From assembly GCA_041650795.1 (NCBI GenBank), contig JBAZKK010000004.1, positions 3,277 through 67,276 on the forward strand: DNA of 64,000 nucleotides, in the 5' to 3' direction. Source of the stretch: Candidatus Omnitrophota bacterium. GTDB taxonomy: Bacteria > Omnitrophota > Gorgyraeia > Gygaellales > Profunditerraquicolaceae. Below the pieces are notes generated by a model. The model searched no databases. It was not told where the DNA came from and was given only the letters and a program-made list of their open reading frames with translations. Position numbers and translations under genes: made by a program. Below, piece after piece: positions 45,168 through 57,171 of this stretch. Position 1 is the stretch's first letter. Every line of letters starts with the position of its first letter.

Positions 45168-46799
45168 ATGGCAAAGCAATTGTTGTATAGCGATGAAGCG
45201 CGCCGCAAGATACTTAGCGGCGTAGAGCAGCTTTCTGCTGCGGTAAAGGTGACGTTGGGACCCAAGGGGCGCAACGTCGTAATAGACAAAAAATTCGGTT
45301 CGCCCACTATTACCAAGGACGGGGTTACGGTAGCCAAGGAGATTGATCTGGAGGACCCGTATGAAAATATGGGAGCCCAGATGGTCAAAGAAGTTGCGGA
45401 GAAGACCTCTGATACCGCCGGCGACGGCACTACTACTGCCACGCTTTTGGCTGAGGCGATTTACCGCGAGGGGCTCAAGAATGTTACTGCCGGCGCAAAC
45501 CCCATGGAGCTAAAACGCGGCATAGATAAGGCGGTGGATAAAGTCGTAGAGGAATTAGGGAAACTTTCCACTCCTATCAAGGACAAGAAAGAGGTAGCGC
45601 AGGTTGCCTCAATCGCCGCAAACTCCGATACCACCATCGGCGAGCTTATTGCCGAGGCAATGGATAAGGTCGGCAAGGACGGCGTTATTACCGTAGAAGA
45701 GGCAAAGTCCACCGCCACCACCCTTGAGGTGGTAGAAGGCATGCAGTTTGACCAGGGTTACCTTTCCCCCTATTTTGTTACCGATGCCGAAAGGATGGAG
45801 GTGTTTCTTGAAGACCCCTATATCCTGATATACGAAAAGAAAATATCCTCTATCAAGGATATCCTTCCGCTTTTAGAGAAGATTGCGCGCACCGGCAAGC
45901 CCCTGTTGATTGTGGCAGAAGAGGTTGAGGGAGAGGCATTGGCTACCCTGGTAGTCAACAAGATACGCGGCACCTTTGCGGCTTGTGCAGTCAAGGCGCC
46001 GGGTTACGGCGACAGGCGCAAGGCAATGCTCGAGGACATCGCGGTCCTTACCGGCGGCAAGGCGATTACCGAAGACCTAGGGATTAAATTGGAGAACATC
46101 AATGTCGAGGACCTGGGGCGCGCCAAGAGGGTCAAGGTTGACAAGGAAAACACCACTATCGTTGAAGGCGCCGGCAAGACCCAGGGCATCAACGGCAGGA
46201 TTGCGCAGATTAAAAAGCAGATCGATGATAGCGATTCCGATTACGATAAAGAGAAACTGCAGGAACGCCTGGCAAAGCTTGCCGGAGGAGTTGCGGTAAT
46301 CAATGTCGGCGCAGCTACCGAGACTGAGATGAAAGAAAAGAAGGCCAGGGTTGAGGACGCGCTTCATGCTACCCGCGCAGCTTCCCAGGAAGGCATTGTT
46401 CCCGGAGGCGGCGTGGCTCTGCTGCGTACCATTGCGGCACTTGATAAGGTCAAGGCTGACGGAGACGAAAAGATAGGCATTAATATCGTCAAAAGGGCGA
46501 TCGAGGAGCCTATAAGGCAGATTGCCGAAAACGCCGGCCTGGAAGGCTCTGTAGTGGTGCAGCGTATCAAGACAGAGAAGACCAACGTGGGTTATGACGT
46601 GAATCAGGATGCCTATGTAGATATGCTTGAGGCAGGCGTGATTGATCCCACTAAGGTTACCCGTTCTGCGCTCCAGAACGCTTCCAGCATCGCAGCGTTG
46701 CTCTTGACTACAGAGACGCTAATTGCTGATAAGCCTGAGAAGGAAGAGAAGATGCCTCCGATGCCTCCGGGAGGCGGAGGAATGGGGGGCATGTATTAA
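45168..46799 (+). CDS. groEL: Chaperonin GroEL
   Basis: Full-length GroEL; [12 protein letters not shown]...[10 protein letters not shown]...C-terminal GGM repeats. Confidence 0.97.
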   Translation: MAKQLLYSDEARRKILSGVEQLSAAVKVTLGPKGRNVVIDKKFGSPTITKDGVTVAKEIDLEDPYENMGAQMVKEVAEKTSDTAGDGTTTATLLAEAIYREGLKNVTAGANPMELKRGIDKAVDKVVEELGKLSTPIKDKKEVAQVASIAANSDTTIGELIAEAMDKVGKDGVITVEEAKSTATTLEVVEGMQFDQGYLSPYFVTDAERMEVFLEDPYILIYEKKISSIKDILPLLEKIARTGKPLLIVAEEVEGEALATLVVNKIRGTFAACAVKAPGYGDRRKAMLEDIAVLTGGKAITEDLGIKLENINVEDLGRAKRVKVDKENTTIVEGAGKTQGINGRIAQIKKQIDDSDSDYDKEKLQERLAKLAGGVAVINVGAATETEMKEKKARVEDALHATRAASQEGIVPGGGVALLRTIAALDKVKADGDEKIGINIVKRAIEEPIRQIAENAGLEGSVVVQRIKTEKTNVGYDVNQDAYVDMLEAGVIDPTKVTRSALQNASSIAALLLTTETLIADKPEKEEKMPPMPPGGGGMGGMY

Positions 46800-46835
46800 G
46801 TCTCCAGAGACAGCTAGGTTTTTGTTCAGGCAAAA

Positions 46836-46870
46836 GGCGCAAGGTCTAACTAACCTTGCGCCTTTTGTTT
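46836..46870 (+). terminator. Intrinsic terminator after groEL
   Basis: GGCGCAAGGT-ctaacta-ACCTTGCGCC followed by TTTTGTTT. Confidence 0.8.
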
Positions 46871-46993
46871 AGAAAGCTTCCCTTGAGAATTAAAAACGAA
46901 AGTGATAAAATAAGCTATAGATCGGATGCCGGGTCCGGCTTGCGATGGGGCGTGGTATCCGGAAGTGCCGGAGGTTGTCCAGAGGATTAACCC

Positions 46994-48790
46994 ATGAAGG
47001 TCCAGAGAAAAATAATTTTATTATTAGTGCTGCTTAGCGCTATATTCATCGCGGGAAGGTATTTGTATCAGCTTTCCGAAAACAAAAAAGCGGAACTTAT
47101 TTTTAAGGAAGACAGGGATGAAAAAAATACCTACCTGAGCAAGATCGTGGAACTTAAGGGCCTGAACCTTCAGGCGTTGGCATTCGATTACACCTATTGG
47201 GATGAAATGGTGAATTTCATCCGCAGCAGCGATTTGGTATGGGCTAGGAAGATGCTCACCGACAACGTTCTTGATACCTATCAAGCGGATGCCATATGGG
47301 TATATAAAACAGATTTATCCTTGCTTTATTCAGTAGCCGGGGAGGGCGACGCCAGCCTCAAGGAGTTCTCTATCCCTAAGGATGTCCTGGCTGGAATGTT
47401 TTTAAAGGAACGTTTCAGCCACTTTTTTGTAAATACCACCTTAGGGTTATTGGAGGTCCGCGGCGCTACAGTGCATCCTAGTTCGGACCCAAAGAGGGAA
47501 ACCACCCTGCCTCAAGGATATTTCTTTACAGGCCGACTTTGGAGCAAAGGCTATCTTGCTGAGCTTGCTAATTTAATAGGAGGCAAGATTGAGGTCGTAA
47601 GACCAGAACAGGCTCCTCCTGTCTCTCGCGGTATTTTAGAGAGCACCATGTTCTTTTCAAGAGAGTTTAACGATTGGAGCGGGGAGCCGGTAGCTCGTCT
47701 TAATGTTAGGGTGGAGTCCAAGAAGATAGAGGCTTTTAAGTCATTTTCAAAAAATACGGTTATACTATTTATCCTTTTCCTCGCAAGCATCTTGTTTGTC
47801 GTAATGTCGGTTCTTATAACATCGGTGAATATCCCCCTGGCTATGATCTCGCGGGCACTCAAGACTGAAGATTCAGGAAAACTCCGCAGTTTGGAAAACG
47901 ACACGAGCGAGTTCGGGGATATCTCCCGGTTGATAGCCAGATTTTTCAGGCAAAAAGGAGAACTGGTTAAGGAAGTGCAGGAACGCAGGGAGGCAGAAAA
48001 GAAGCTTCAGGAATCATACGCCAGGCTTAAGGAGGCGCAGGAGCAGCTTATCCAGGCCGAAAAATTAAACGCCGTAGGTCAGCTGGCCAGCGGCGTAGCA
48101 CATGAGGTCAGGAATCCATTGGGCATAATATTGCAGGGGGTCAATTATCTTGAGCAGAAAATACCGGCGGAGCAAAGGGATACCTTTGAAACCCTGGCCA
48201 TGATTAAGGAGAGCGTGGGAAGGGCGGATAAGATTATAAATACGCTCCTGGACTTTTCCAAATCCAAGAGGCTGAACCTGGAGCCGGAAAATATAAATTC
48301 TATCCTGGAAACCTCCCTGAATCTGGTAAAAACCAGGTTTAAATCCGATAAGATAGCTGTCGTAAAAGAAATGAATAAGGATGTGCCAGATGTCCTGGCG
48401 GATAAAAACAAGATGGAGCAGGTATTCATTAATATATTATTGAACGCCTTCCAGGCTATCGAAGACACCGGCAGGATAACGATACGCACTTACGATAAAA
48501 AATTAGGAGAAATAAAAAACGGCATAGGTAAAAGAGCGAGCGATAATTTTAGGATCGGGGAGACGGCGGTAATAGTCGAGATTGAAGATACTGGTTCCGG
48601 CATCCCCGAAGAGACCCTTAACAAGATCTTCGACCCCTTCTTTACTACGAAGGGGCCTCTGGGAGGGGCCGGGTTGGGTTTGTCGGTAAGCAGGAATATA
48701 ATCCATATGCATCGGGGGGTGATATACGTGGAGAGTGTCTCAGGCAAAGGAACCAGGATAACCCTTGTTTTAAAAATAGCGAGGAGATAA
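46994..48790 (+). CDS. Sensor histidine kinase (N-terminal TM/periplasmic sensor, HAMP-like linker, HisKA, HATPase_c)
   Basis: Two TM helices; H-box AHEVRNPLGII; N, G1 and G2 boxes (NAFQA, DTGSGI, GGAGLGL). Confidence 0.85.
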   Translation: MKVQRKIILLLVLLSAIFIAGRYLYQLSENKKAELIFKEDRDEKNTYLSKIVELKGLNLQALAFDYTYWDEMVNFIRSSDLVWARKMLTDNVLDTYQADAIWVYKTDLSLLYSVAGEGDASLKEFSIPKDVLAGMFLKERFSHFFVNTTLGLLEVRGATVHPSSDPKRETTLPQGYFFTGRLWSKGYLAELANLIGGKIEVVRPEQAPPVSRGILESTMFFSREFNDWSGEPVARLNVRVESKKIEAFKSFSKNTVILFILFLASILFVVMSVLITSVNIPLAMISRALKTEDSGKLRSLENDTSEFGDISRLIARFFRQKGELVKEVQERREAEKKLQESYARLKEAQEQLIQAEKLNAVGQLASGVAHEVRNPLGIILQGVNYLEQKIPAEQRDTFETLAMIKESVGRADKIINTLLDFSKSKRLNLEPENINSILETSLNLVKTRFKSDKIAVVKEMNKDVPDVLADKNKMEQVFINILLNAFQAIEDTGRITIRTYDKKLGEIKNGIGKRASDNFRIGETAVIVEIEDTGSGIPEETLNKIFDPFFTTKGPLGGAGLGLSVSRNIIHMHRGVIYVESVSGKGTRITLVLKIARR

Positions 48791-48794
48791 TCCG

Positions 48795-49184
48795 ATGATG
48801 AAGAAGAGGATATTGCTTATTGACGACGAAGAGAATTTTACAAAACTGGTAAAGTTTAACCTTGAAGGGACAGGAAGGTATGAGGTTAGAACGGAGAATA
48901 CTGGTTCGCGCGGGCTTGCCGTTGCCAAGGAATTCAAACCGGACCTGGTTTTATTGGACGTCATGATGCCTGAGATTGATGGGGGAGAGGTGTGTTATCA
49001 GCTGGATAGCGATGAGGAGACCAACGATATTCCGGTTGTATTTTTGACTGCAGCCGTAGATAAGCAAGAAGTGGAGAACAGCAGTGGTGTAATAGGGGGG
49101 CGCTCTTTTATAGCTAAACCGGTGAGCCTGGAGAAGCTGGTTGAGTTTATTGAGAAGAATATCCGTGGTTCGGTTTCAGAGTAG
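48795..49184 (+). CDS. Stand-alone response regulator receiver domain (CheY-like)
   Basis: ILLIDDE...DLVLLDVMMPEIDG (phospho-accepting Asp)...no output domain. Confidence 0.85.
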   Translation: MMKKRILLIDDEENFTKLVKFNLEGTGRYEVRTENTGSRGLAVAKEFKPDLVLLDVMMPEIDGGEVCYQLDSDEETNDIPVVFLTAAVDKQEVENSSGVIGGRSFIAKPVSLEKLVEFIEKNIRGSVSE

Positions 49185-49214
49185 CTTTAAGGCCTGTCCC
49201 GTCTAAAATAATCA

Positions 49215-49243
49215 TTGACAATTCGGCAGCACGGGTGTAAAAT
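49215..49243 (+). promoter_or_regulatory. Candidate sigma70 promoter upstream of guaB-guaA
   Basis: TTGACA-N17-TAAAAT. Confidence 0.5.
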
Positions 49244-49332
49244 CTGTCTCAATCATTTCTTAAGGCATCCCCAAAATAGGATTTTTTGAATATAACTCAC
49301 TGAAAAATAATAAGTTATAAAGGAGAGGCATT

Positions 49333-50493
49333 ATGGCGGAATGGATAGGTATAGGCAGGCGGGCGCGCCGTTGTTATGGCTTTGACGAAGTAGCTTTGGT
49401 GCCGGGGGCCGAGACCGTTAATCCCAATGAGGTGGATACTTCTTTTGAAATCGCAGGCAAGAGATTCAAGGTTCCCATCTTGGCTGCGGCCATGGATGGG
49501 GTGGTGGATGTGCGTTTTGCAGTAGAGATGTCAAGGTTGGGAGGCATCGCGGTCTTAAATCTTGACGGGGTGCAAACCCGTTACGATGACCCCGATGGTG
49601 TCCTGGAGCAGATATCCAGGGCAACCCCCCAGAAAGCCACCGAGCTGATACAGTCGGTATATACCACTCCCATTAAGGAAAAATTAATCTCCAAGAGGGT
49701 TAGCGAGATTAAAAAGAAGAAAGGCACGGCAGTGGTAAGCTGTATCCCCGCCCATGCCGAAAGGTTTTCACGGCTGGCGATCAATGCCGGAGCGGATATC
49801 TTCGTAGTGCAGTCTACGGTTACCACTACCAGGCACGTGGCAAGGGAATACAAGAGCCTGGACCTTTTTAAATTCTGCAAGTCCGTGAGGATTCCGGTGA
49901 TTATCGGTAACTGCGTTACCTATGAAACTACAGTAGAGCTTATGAAGATCGGAGCCGGCGGGTTGTTGATAGGTGTCGGACCGGGGGCGGCGTGCACTAC
50001 CCGCGGGGTCCTGGGGATAGGGGTGCCGCAGGTTACCGCTACCGTAGATGCCGCAGGGGCGCGCGATTTTTATTTTAAAAGGACTGGCAGGTATGTGCCT
50101 ATCATTACCGATGGGGGCATGAACCGCGGAGGCGATATCTGCAAGGCCTTTGCCTGCGGAGCGGATGCGGTAATGATCGGCTCCAGCTTTGCCCGCGCAA
50201 AAGAAGCCCCGGGCAGGGGGTATCATTGGGGGATGGCTACCTCCCACGTGAATCTTCCGCGCGGGACCCGTATTAACGTCGGCACAACCGGCAGTTTGAA
50301 GGAAATCCTTTTCGGCCCGGCGAGGGTAGACGACGGTTCGCAAAACCTGATCGGGGCGCTAAAGACATCAATGGGGTCATTGGGCGCTTCAAGCCTGAAG
50401 GAAATGCACGACGTGGAAATTATTATTGCTCCGTCTATCCAAACAGAGGGCAAGATATTCCAGATCAGCCAGGGGATAGGGATGGGCAAATGA
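49333..50493 (+). CDS. guaB: IMP dehydrogenase family protein, short form lacking the CBS (Bateman) subdomain; GMP reductase not excluded
   Basis: IMPDH TIM barrel with catalytic-Cys loop [11 protein letters not shown]; 386 aa; directly upstream of guaA. Confidence 0.7.
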   Translation: MAEWIGIGRRARRCYGFDEVALVPGAETVNPNEVDTSFEIAGKRFKVPILAAAMDGVVDVRFAVEMSRLGGIAVLNLDGVQTRYDDPDGVLEQISRATPQKATELIQSVYTTPIKEKLISKRVSEIKKKKGTAVVSCIPAHAERFSRLAINAGADIFVVQSTVTTTRHVAREYKSLDLFKFCKSVRIPVIIGNCVTYETTVELMKIGAGGLLIGVGPGAACTTRGVLGIGVPQVTATVDAAGARDFYFKRTGRYVPIITDGGMNRGGDICKAFACGADAVMIGSSFARAKEAPGRGYHWGMATSHVNLPRGTRINVGTTGSLKEILFGPARVDDGSQNLIGALKTSMGSLGASSLKEMHDVEIIIAPSIQTEGKIFQISQGIGMGK

Positions 50494-52031
50494 CCAGACA
50501 AACAATACTGATTCTGGATTTCGGCTCCCAGTATACCCAGTTGATAGCCAGGCGGGTGCGTGAAAATAAGGTTTTCTCGCGCATCATACCTTATCATACC
50601 ACGGCGGAGGAGATTGCCGAGCTTTCACCGAAAGGGATTATTCTTTCCGGAGGGCCGGCTTCGGTGTTGGATAAAAAGAGCCCCCAGCCGGATAAGAAGA
50701 TCTTTAAATTAGGCATCCCGGTGCTGGGGATTTGTTATGGCATGCAGCTTATCGCCGAGATGCTCGGAGGCAAGGTTAAGCATACCAGCGGACGCGAATA
50801 CGGCAAGACCGAGCTTTTTGTAGATTATAACCGCGACCTCTTCAGCCATATGCCGGGGAATTTTACCTGTTGGGCCAGCCACGGGGATTATCTTAAGAAA
50901 TTGCCACCGGCCTTCAAGGTGATTGCGCATACCGCCAATGCCCCGATTGCCGCGATCGCCAATCCGGCCAGGAAGATATTCGCGGTGCAGTTTCACCCCG
51001 AGGTTACCCATACCGAAAAAGGCAGCCAGATTATCAGCAATTTCCTTTTTAAGGTCTGCGGTTGCCTCGGCCGCTGGACCATGGAGTCTTTTGTCAAAGA
51101 CAGCATTGCAGGCATCAAGAAGACCGTCGGCAAGGACAAGGTGGTCCTGGGGTTAAGCGGGGGGGTGGATTCATCAATAACCGCGATACTGTTACATAAG
51201 GCCATCGGGAGAAATTCGCGCTGTATCTTTATTGACAACGGGCTTCTTAGGAAAGACGAACCCCAGCAGATACGCAAGGTATTTCAGAGTATGTTTCATC
51301 TGAACCTGGCTTATGTAGACAGGGGCAAGCGTTTCTTGAGCCGCTTAAAAGGTGTCACCGACCCCGAGGCCAAGCGTAAGATTATCGGGGAGGAATTCGT
51401 CAAGGTCTTCGAAGAGGAGGCCGCCAAGGTCAAAGGGGTGAAATACCTTGCGCAGGGCACGCTTTATCCGGACGTGATTGAATCCATATCTGTAACGGGC
51501 GCGCCCTCCAGCCGCATCAAGAGCCACCATAATGTCGGCGGGCTTCCGCAGCATATGAAATTAAAGCTTATCGAGCCGTTGCGCGATTTATTCAAAGACG
51601 AGGTCCGCCAGATAGGCAGGGAGATGGGCATCCCCGATAACATTATCTACCGTCAGCCTTTCCCGGGGCCGGGCCTGGCCATCCGCATTATCGGAGAGGT
51701 AACGACAGAGCGCTTGAATTTACTTCGTGAGGTTGACCAGCATGTTCTTGACGAAATCCGCAGCGCCGGGCTATATGAACAGGTCTGGCAGTCCTTTGCG
51801 ATACTCCTACCTATCAAGAGCGTCGGCGTGATGGGTGACGAGCGCACTTACGAGAATGTGGCGGCGCTGCGCTGCGTCAGCAGCCTTGACGGCATGACCG
51901 CAGACTGGGTAAGGCTTCCTTACGAGGTACTGGAAAAAATCTCCAACCGTATCATCAATCACGTCAAAGGGGTAAACCGCGTGGTTTACGATATCTCATC
52001 AAAACCCCCGGCTACTATCGAGTGGGAATAA
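50490..52031 (+). CDS. guaA: GMP synthase [glutamine-hydrolysing] GuaA
   Basis: Class I GATase (GICYGMQL), ATP-pyrophosphatase SGGVDSS, C-terminal dimerisation domain. Confidence 0.95.
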   Translation: MTRQTILILDFGSQYTQLIARRVRENKVFSRIIPYHTTAEEIAELSPKGIILSGGPASVLDKKSPQPDKKIFKLGIPVLGICYGMQLIAEMLGGKVKHTSGREYGKTELFVDYNRDLFSHMPGNFTCWASHGDYLKKLPPAFKVIAHTANAPIAAIANPARKIFAVQFHPEVTHTEKGSQIISNFLFKVCGCLGRWTMESFVKDSIAGIKKTVGKDKVVLGLSGGVDSSITAILLHKAIGRNSRCIFIDNGLLRKDEPQQIRKVFQSMFHLNLAYVDRGKRFLSRLKGVTDPEAKRKIIGEEFVKVFEEEAAKVKGVKYLAQGTLYPDVIESISVTGAPSSRIKSHHNVGGLPQHMKLKLIEPLRDLFKDEVRQIGREMGIPDNIIYRQPFPGPGLAIRIIGEVTTERLNLLREVDQHVLDEIRSAGLYEQVWQSFAILLPIKSVGVMGDERTYENVAALRCVSSLDGMTADWVRLPYEVLEKISNRIINHVKGVNRVVYDISSKPPATIEWE

Positions 52032-52103
52032 GGTAGCCTTTAGTTCATCGCAAGCCGTTTTTAGCCAAACAGGATGCGGCTGCGATGAGCCCCGTAGGTA
52101 ATA

Positions 52104-55100
52104 ATGCCGCGCTCTGATTTTATACACCTGCACCTGCACACCCAATACAGCCTCTTAGACGGCGCCTGCCGCATCCCGGAGCTTCTTGCGCTTGCCAGCC
52201 AATACAAGATGGACAGCCTTGCCATTACCGACCACGGCAATATGTTCGGGGCGATAGACTTTTACCTCAGCGCGCAAAAAGCCGGCATAAAACCGATTAT
52301 CGGATGCGAGGTTTATATCGCTCCCCAGAGCCGCTTTGAAAAAAGCTCCAGCAGCATCGAGGATGCCTCCTACCACCTTATTCTTCTCGCAAAGGACGAG
52401 ACGGGTTACCAGAACCTCATGAAGCTGGTGTCGATAGGCTACCTTGAAGGGTTTTATTACCGCCCGCGCATTGATAAGGAATCACTGGCTAAATACCACG
52501 AAGGCCTGATTGCCTTAAGCTCATGCCTGAAGGGCGAGATCCCCTCTTTGCTGGAGGAGCGCCGTTTTAATGATGCGCTTAAGGTCGCGGACGATTACCT
52601 GCAGATTATGGGTAAGGATAATTTTTATCTGGAATTGCAGGAAAACCGCATACCCGAACAGCGGCTGGTTAACGAGGGGCTTATCAGGATATCCCGGGAA
52701 TTAAATATCCCCCTGGTCGCCACTAACGACGTGCATTATCTTAATAAGGAGCATGCCGCAAGCCATGAGGCGCTCCTGTGCATCCAGACCCAGACTACCA
52801 TGGATGACCCCAACCGCATGCGCTTTCAGACCGAGGAATTCTATTTTAAATCGCCGCAGGAGATGCAGGATAATTTCAAGGATGTCCCCCATGCCATTGC
52901 CAACACCGTTGAGATTGCCGCAAGATGCAACCTGGAACTGGACTTCAGCCGCATCCATTTACCGCGGTATGAGGCCCCTATCGGCAAGACCAAGGAGGAC
53001 TTTTTGAAGGAGCTTTGCGATAAAGGGCTGGCTGTCAGGTTTAAGGGGGCGGAAAACGGGATAAAGGAGCGCCTGGAGCACGAATTAAGGATTATCAAGG
53101 AGATGGGGTTTACCAGTTATTTTCTGATTGTTTGGGATTTTATCCACTATGCCAAGAGCCAGGGGATACCGGTAGGGCCGGGGCGCGGCAGTGCTGCCGG
53201 CAGCATCGTCAGCTATCTCTTGGGCATTACTGATATTGATCCTCTCCGATACGGGCTGCTCTTTGAGAGGTTTCTTAACCCCGAGCGTATCGGGCTGCCG
53301 GATATCGATATCGATTTTTGCTATGAGAGAAGGCAGGAGGTTATCGATTACGTTACGAATAAGTATGGCCGCGGGAACGTAGCGCAGATCATCACCTTCG
53401 GGACAATGCAGGCGCGCGGAGTAGTGCGCGATGTGGGGAGGGTGATGGGGATGAGTTACGCCGACGTTGACCGTATAGCAAAGATGATCCCGCCCGACCC
53501 CAACATTACCCTTAAGGATGCCCTGGAGAGCGAAGCGGAATTGAAGAGTCTTTATAAGACCCAGTCCCAGCTTACGCAGTTGATTGATACTGCCCTTTCC
53601 CTGGAGGGCCTCAACCGGCACGCCTCGGTTCATGCGGCAGGGGTGGTTATCGCGGATAAGCCGCTGGATAATTACATGCCTCTCTTTAAGAGCCAGGATG
53701 ACCAGATTACCACGGGTTACAGCATGAAGGCGCTGGAGAAGATAGGCTTGCTAAAGGTGGATTTCCTGGGCCTCAGGACTTTGACCGTAATTGACCAGAC
53801 CGTCAAGATTATTAAAGACTCGCGCGCAAAGGACATAGGCATCAAGGAACTTCCGCTGGACGACCCAAAGACCTACCAGCTTCTCTCAAGCGCCCGGACG
53901 GTAGGGGTATTCCAGGTAGAGAGTTCCGGGATGCGAGACCTCCTGCGCAAGCTCGAGCCCAGTTGTTTCGACGACCTGATTGCGTTATTGGCCCTTTACC
54001 GCCCCGGACCGATCGGCTCCGGCATGCTCGATGATTTTATGCAGCGCAAGCACAACCGCGTTCCCATCAAATACGACCACCCAAAGCTCGAGAGCATACT
54101 CAAGGAAACATACGGGATTATGGTTTACCAGGAGCAGATCATGCAGGCAGCCAATGCCCTGGCGGGATTCAGCTTTGCCGAGGCAGACCTCCTGCGCCGC
54201 GCAATGAGCAAGAAGATCCCGGAGGTCATGGAAAAACAGCGTATTAATTTTGTTTCCGGATGCCTGAAGAACAGCATCAAGGAGTCCATTGCAAACAAGA
54301 TATTCGATTTGATAGAATATTTTTCGGGTTACGGTTTCAATAAGTCACACAGCGCCGCATATGCCCTGATATCCTACCGGACCGCATACCTCAAGGCCAA
54401 TTTCCCGGTGGAGTTTATGACCGCCCTCTTGACGTCAGAGCGCGACAATACCGATAAAATCGTAGAATATGTCAACGAAGCTAACCGCATGGGCATTAAA
54501 ATATTGCCTCCGGATATCAATGAAAGCGACGCCCTATTCAAGGCGGTCGATGGGTCTACGATAAGATTCGGGCTGTTGGCTGTCAAGAACGTCGGAGGGG
54601 GCGCGATTGAATCCGTGGTAAGCGCAAGAAAGGAAGGCGGTTTTAAGTCCCTGGAGGATTTAGTGCAGCGCGTCGATTCCAGGCTCGTCAATCGCAAGGT
54701 TTTGGAGAGTCTGATAAAATGCGGCGCCATGGACAGGTTCGGCATGCCGCGGGCGCAGATGTTCGCGAGCCTGGAAAAATTACTGGAGATTTCCTCTAAA
54801 ACCCAGCGCGATAAAGAAAAGGGGCAGATGTCATTTTTTGACCAGGGCCCTATTGCGGGAGGGTTCAAAGAGGTTGTAAGATTGCCGCAGATCAAGGAAT
54901 GGCCCGAACCGCAGCTTCTGGCTTTTGAGAAGGAGATGCTTGGTTTCTATGTCAGCGGCCATCCGCTGGCGCGTTATGCCGGCCAGATCAGGCGTTTTGC
55001 ATCGGTTTCTACCCGGAACCTCAGTCTCTGCCATGACGGCGACGAAATCAAGACTGTCGGCATGATATCTAAAATTAAACATACCATTACCCGCGCCAAA

Positions 55101-55535
55101 CAGGAAAAAATGGCAATCCTGAAATTGGAGGACCTGGAAGGCGCGGTAGAGGTGCTGGTTTTTCCGCAGGCCTTTCAGAAGGTTTACCGTTATATCCAGC
55201 CCAGCAGCGTAGTGATGGTCAGGGGTAGGCTTAACCTTAAGGAGGAATCCCCCAAGATTATCGCCAACGATCTGTTCCCCATTGAAGAGGTTTACCGGAT
55301 TATCAGCGCCATGAATATCAATCTTTCCGGCATCAGAGAGAATCTTTTCGAGAGCCTTAAAACCCTATTGTCATCATCTCCCGGGAAAACCCCGGTTTAT
55401 CTGCGCTTGGATACCCCGTCTAAGTCACGCATCCAGATGGTAGTAGGAAACGGCCTCTTCGTAGATCCTTCTGAGAGGCTAACCCAGGATATCGCTAATC
55501 TCCTGGGGGAGGATAGACTATCCCTGGTGATATAG
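52104..55535 (+). CDS. dnaE: DNA polymerase III alpha subunit DnaE
   Basis: PHP domain (FIHLHLHTQYSLLDG), polymerase core, OB fold; 1143 aa. Confidence 0.95.
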   Translation: MPRSDFIHLHLHTQYSLLDGACRIPELLALASQYKMDSLAITDHGNMFGAIDFYLSAQKAGIKPIIGCEVYIAPQSRFEKSSSSIEDASYHLILLAKDETGYQNLMKLVSIGYLEGFYYRPRIDKESLAKYHEGLIALSSCLKGEIPSLLEERRFNDALKVADDYLQIMGKDNFYLELQENRIPEQRLVNEGLIRISRELNIPLVATNDVHYLNKEHAASHEALLCIQTQTTMDDPNRMRFQTEEFYFKSPQEMQDNFKDVPHAIANTVEIAARCNLELDFSRIHLPRYEAPIGKTKEDFLKELCDKGLAVRFKGAENGIKERLEHELRIIKEMGFTSYFLIVWDFIHYAKSQGIPVGPGRGSAAGSIVSYLLGITDIDPLRYGLLFERFLNPERIGLPDIDIDFCYERRQEVIDYVTNKYGRGNVAQIITFGTMQARGVVRDVGRVMGMSYADVDRIAKMIPPDPNITLKDALESEAELKSLYKTQSQLTQLIDTALSLEGLNRHASVHAAGVVIADKPLDNYMPLFKSQDDQITTGYSMKALEKIGLLKVDFLGLRTLTVIDQTVKIIKDSRAKDIGIKELPLDDPKTYQLLSSARTVGVFQVESSGMRDLLRKLEPSCFDDLIALLALYRPGPIGSGMLDDFMQRKHNRVPIKYDHPKLESILKETYGIMVYQEQIMQAANALAGFSFAEADLLRRAMSKKIPEVMEKQRINFVSGCLKNSIKESIANKIFDLIEYFSGYGFNKSHSAAYALISYRTAYLKANFPVEFMTALLTSERDNTDKIVEYVNEANRMGIKILPPDINESDALFKAVDGSTIRFGLLAVKNVGGGAIESVVSARKEGGFKSLEDLVQRVDSRLVNRKVLESLIKCGAMDRFGMPRAQMFASLEKLLEISSKTQRDKEKGQMSFFDQGPIAGGFKEVVRLPQIKEWPEPQLLAFEKEMLGFYVSGHPLARYAGQIRRFASVSTRNLSLCHDGDEIKTVGMISKIKHTITRAKQEKMAILKLEDLEGAVEVLVFPQAFQKVYRYIQPSSVVMVRGRLNLKEESPKIIANDLFPIEEVYRIISAMNINLSGIRENLFESLKTLLSSSPGKTPVYLRLDTPSKSRIQMVVGNGLFVDPSERLTQDIANLLGEDRLSLVI

Positions 55536-55607
55536 GCAATCTTGCTTAATCTTTGCTTGACATTGTAACTTTTTGATGTTATTGTAGTTATAAACGGGAG
55601 GTGCGCA

Positions 55608-55880
55608 ATGACAAAGAAGGATATAATACTTAGAGTTTCTGATGAAACCAGCCTTAAACAGATAGACGTAAAAAAGGTGGTCCAGAAAACATTTGATTGC
55701 ATTGTGGAAGCCCTCGCAAGAGGCGAAAAGATAGAGCTGCGTAATTTTGGCGTGTTTAAGATAAAGCAGAGAAAGAGCCGCACCGGCCGGAATCCCCGTA
55801 CCGGTCAGGTCGTTCCCGTCCCGCCCCGTAAGGTTGTAGTCTTTAAGCCAGGCTTAGAGATGAAGAAAAAGATGAGGTAG
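55608..55880 (+). CDS. HU/IHF family DNA-binding protein
   Basis: ~90 aa; the arm motif GRNPRTGQ..P...VVFKPG is conserved. Confidence 0.8.
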   Translation: MTKKDIILRVSDETSLKQIDVKKVVQKTFDCIVEALARGEKIELRNFGVFKIKQRKSRTGRNPRTGQVVPVPPRKVVVFKPGLEMKKKMR

Positions 55881-55916
55881 CCAACCGCCCACTTTTATCT
55901 TTAAAATAAAACCCTG

Positions 55917-57170
55917 ATGTTCAAGAGAATCCCCGGCACGAAAGACATATTGCCCGATGAGATCGGGCGCTGGCAGCGGATAGAAGAGGCTGCGCGCGAT
56001 GTCTTCGCGCTTTATAATTACTCCGAAGTGCGCTTCCCGTTGATAGAAGATATCGCTCTATTTAACCGTTCGCTGGGGGGCTCTGCCGAGATAGTCCAGA
56101 AGCAGATGTTTGTTATTAAGAATGCCTCTGATACCTATGCCCTGCGTCCGGAAGGCACGGCTTCGGTCGCGCGCGCTTACATCGAAAACAACCTCGATAA
56201 AAATAAGGGATTGGTAAAACTTTATTATAGCGGGCCGATGTTCAGGCTGGAGAGGCCGCAGAAAGGGAGATTGCGCCAGTTCCATCATCTGGGCTGTGAG
56301 GTAATCGGTTCTTTGAGCCCTATGGTGGATGTCGAGGTTATATCTCTGGCAGATGCCCTTCTTAAGTCCTTTGGCGTAAGGGGCTATCTAATTGAATTGA
56401 ACAGCCTTGGGTGTGCCGAGGATAAAAATGGATTCATGCATTTTTTGCGCGGTTCGCTTAAACCGCATTTGAGAGAGCTTTGCCAGGAATGCAATGAACG
56501 TTTTGACCGTAATCCCCTGCGCATCCTCGATTGTAAAAATCCATCCTGCAGGGGGGCGGTGTCAAAAATGCTGCAGCCTGGAGGCGGCTTTTTATGCAGT
56601 TCCTGCGCCGCCCATGCCGAAGAAGTAAGAAGGGGGCTGGATTCCTTGAATATAGCATATAAGGCTAATCCTTACCTGGTGCGCGGCCTTGATTATTACA
56701 CCGGTACGGTTTTTGAGATTAAGCATGAGGGGCTCGGCGCCCAAGACGCTATCGGGGCCGGGGGCAGGTACGACGACCTTATCAGGGAGCTCGGCGGCCC
56801 GGAGGTTGGCGCAGTGGGTTTTGCCTTTGGCATGGAAAGGCTGCTTCTGGTTGCAGGCGAGAACCATGCAGGCGGCCAGCAGCGCGGCCTAGCTTATTTA
56901 ATAACGCTGGGTGATGCCGCCGGCAAAGAGGGGCTTAAGATCCTGAATGCCTTAAGGGCCGCGGGCATACCCTCTGATACCGACTATGCGGATAAATCCC
57001 TTAAGGGCGCAATGCGTAAGGCCAATGATGCCGGTGCAGACCGGGTTTTGATATTGGGTGATGATGAGCTTAAAAAACAGGTTATTACCTTAAGGGATAT
57101 GCGCACCAGCCAGCAGCGCGAGGTGCCCTTGGAAGATTTAATTAAGGAGTTAAGAAAGGGGATAAGATAA
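55917..57170 (+). CDS. hisS: Histidyl-tRNA synthetase
   Basis: Class II motifs; GTKDILPDE, FRLERPQKGRLRQFHHLG, C-terminal anticodon-binding domain. Confidence 0.9.
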   Translation: MFKRIPGTKDILPDEIGRWQRIEEAARDVFALYNYSEVRFPLIEDIALFNRSLGGSAEIVQKQMFVIKNASDTYALRPEGTASVARAYIENNLDKNKGLVKLYYSGPMFRLERPQKGRLRQFHHLGCEVIGSLSPMVDVEVISLADALLKSFGVRGYLIELNSLGCAEDKNGFMHFLRGSLKPHLRELCQECNERFDRNPLRILDCKNPSCRGAVSKMLQPGGGFLCSSCAAHAEEVRRGLDSLNIAYKANPYLVRGLDYYTGTVFEIKHEGLGAQDAIGAGGRYDDLIRELGGPEVGAVGFAFGMERLLLVAGENHAGGQQRGLAYLITLGDAAGKEGLKILNALRAAGIPSDTDYADKSLKGAMRKANDAGADRVLILGDDELKKQVITLRDMRTSQQREVPLEDLIKELRKGIR

Positions 57171-57171
57171 G

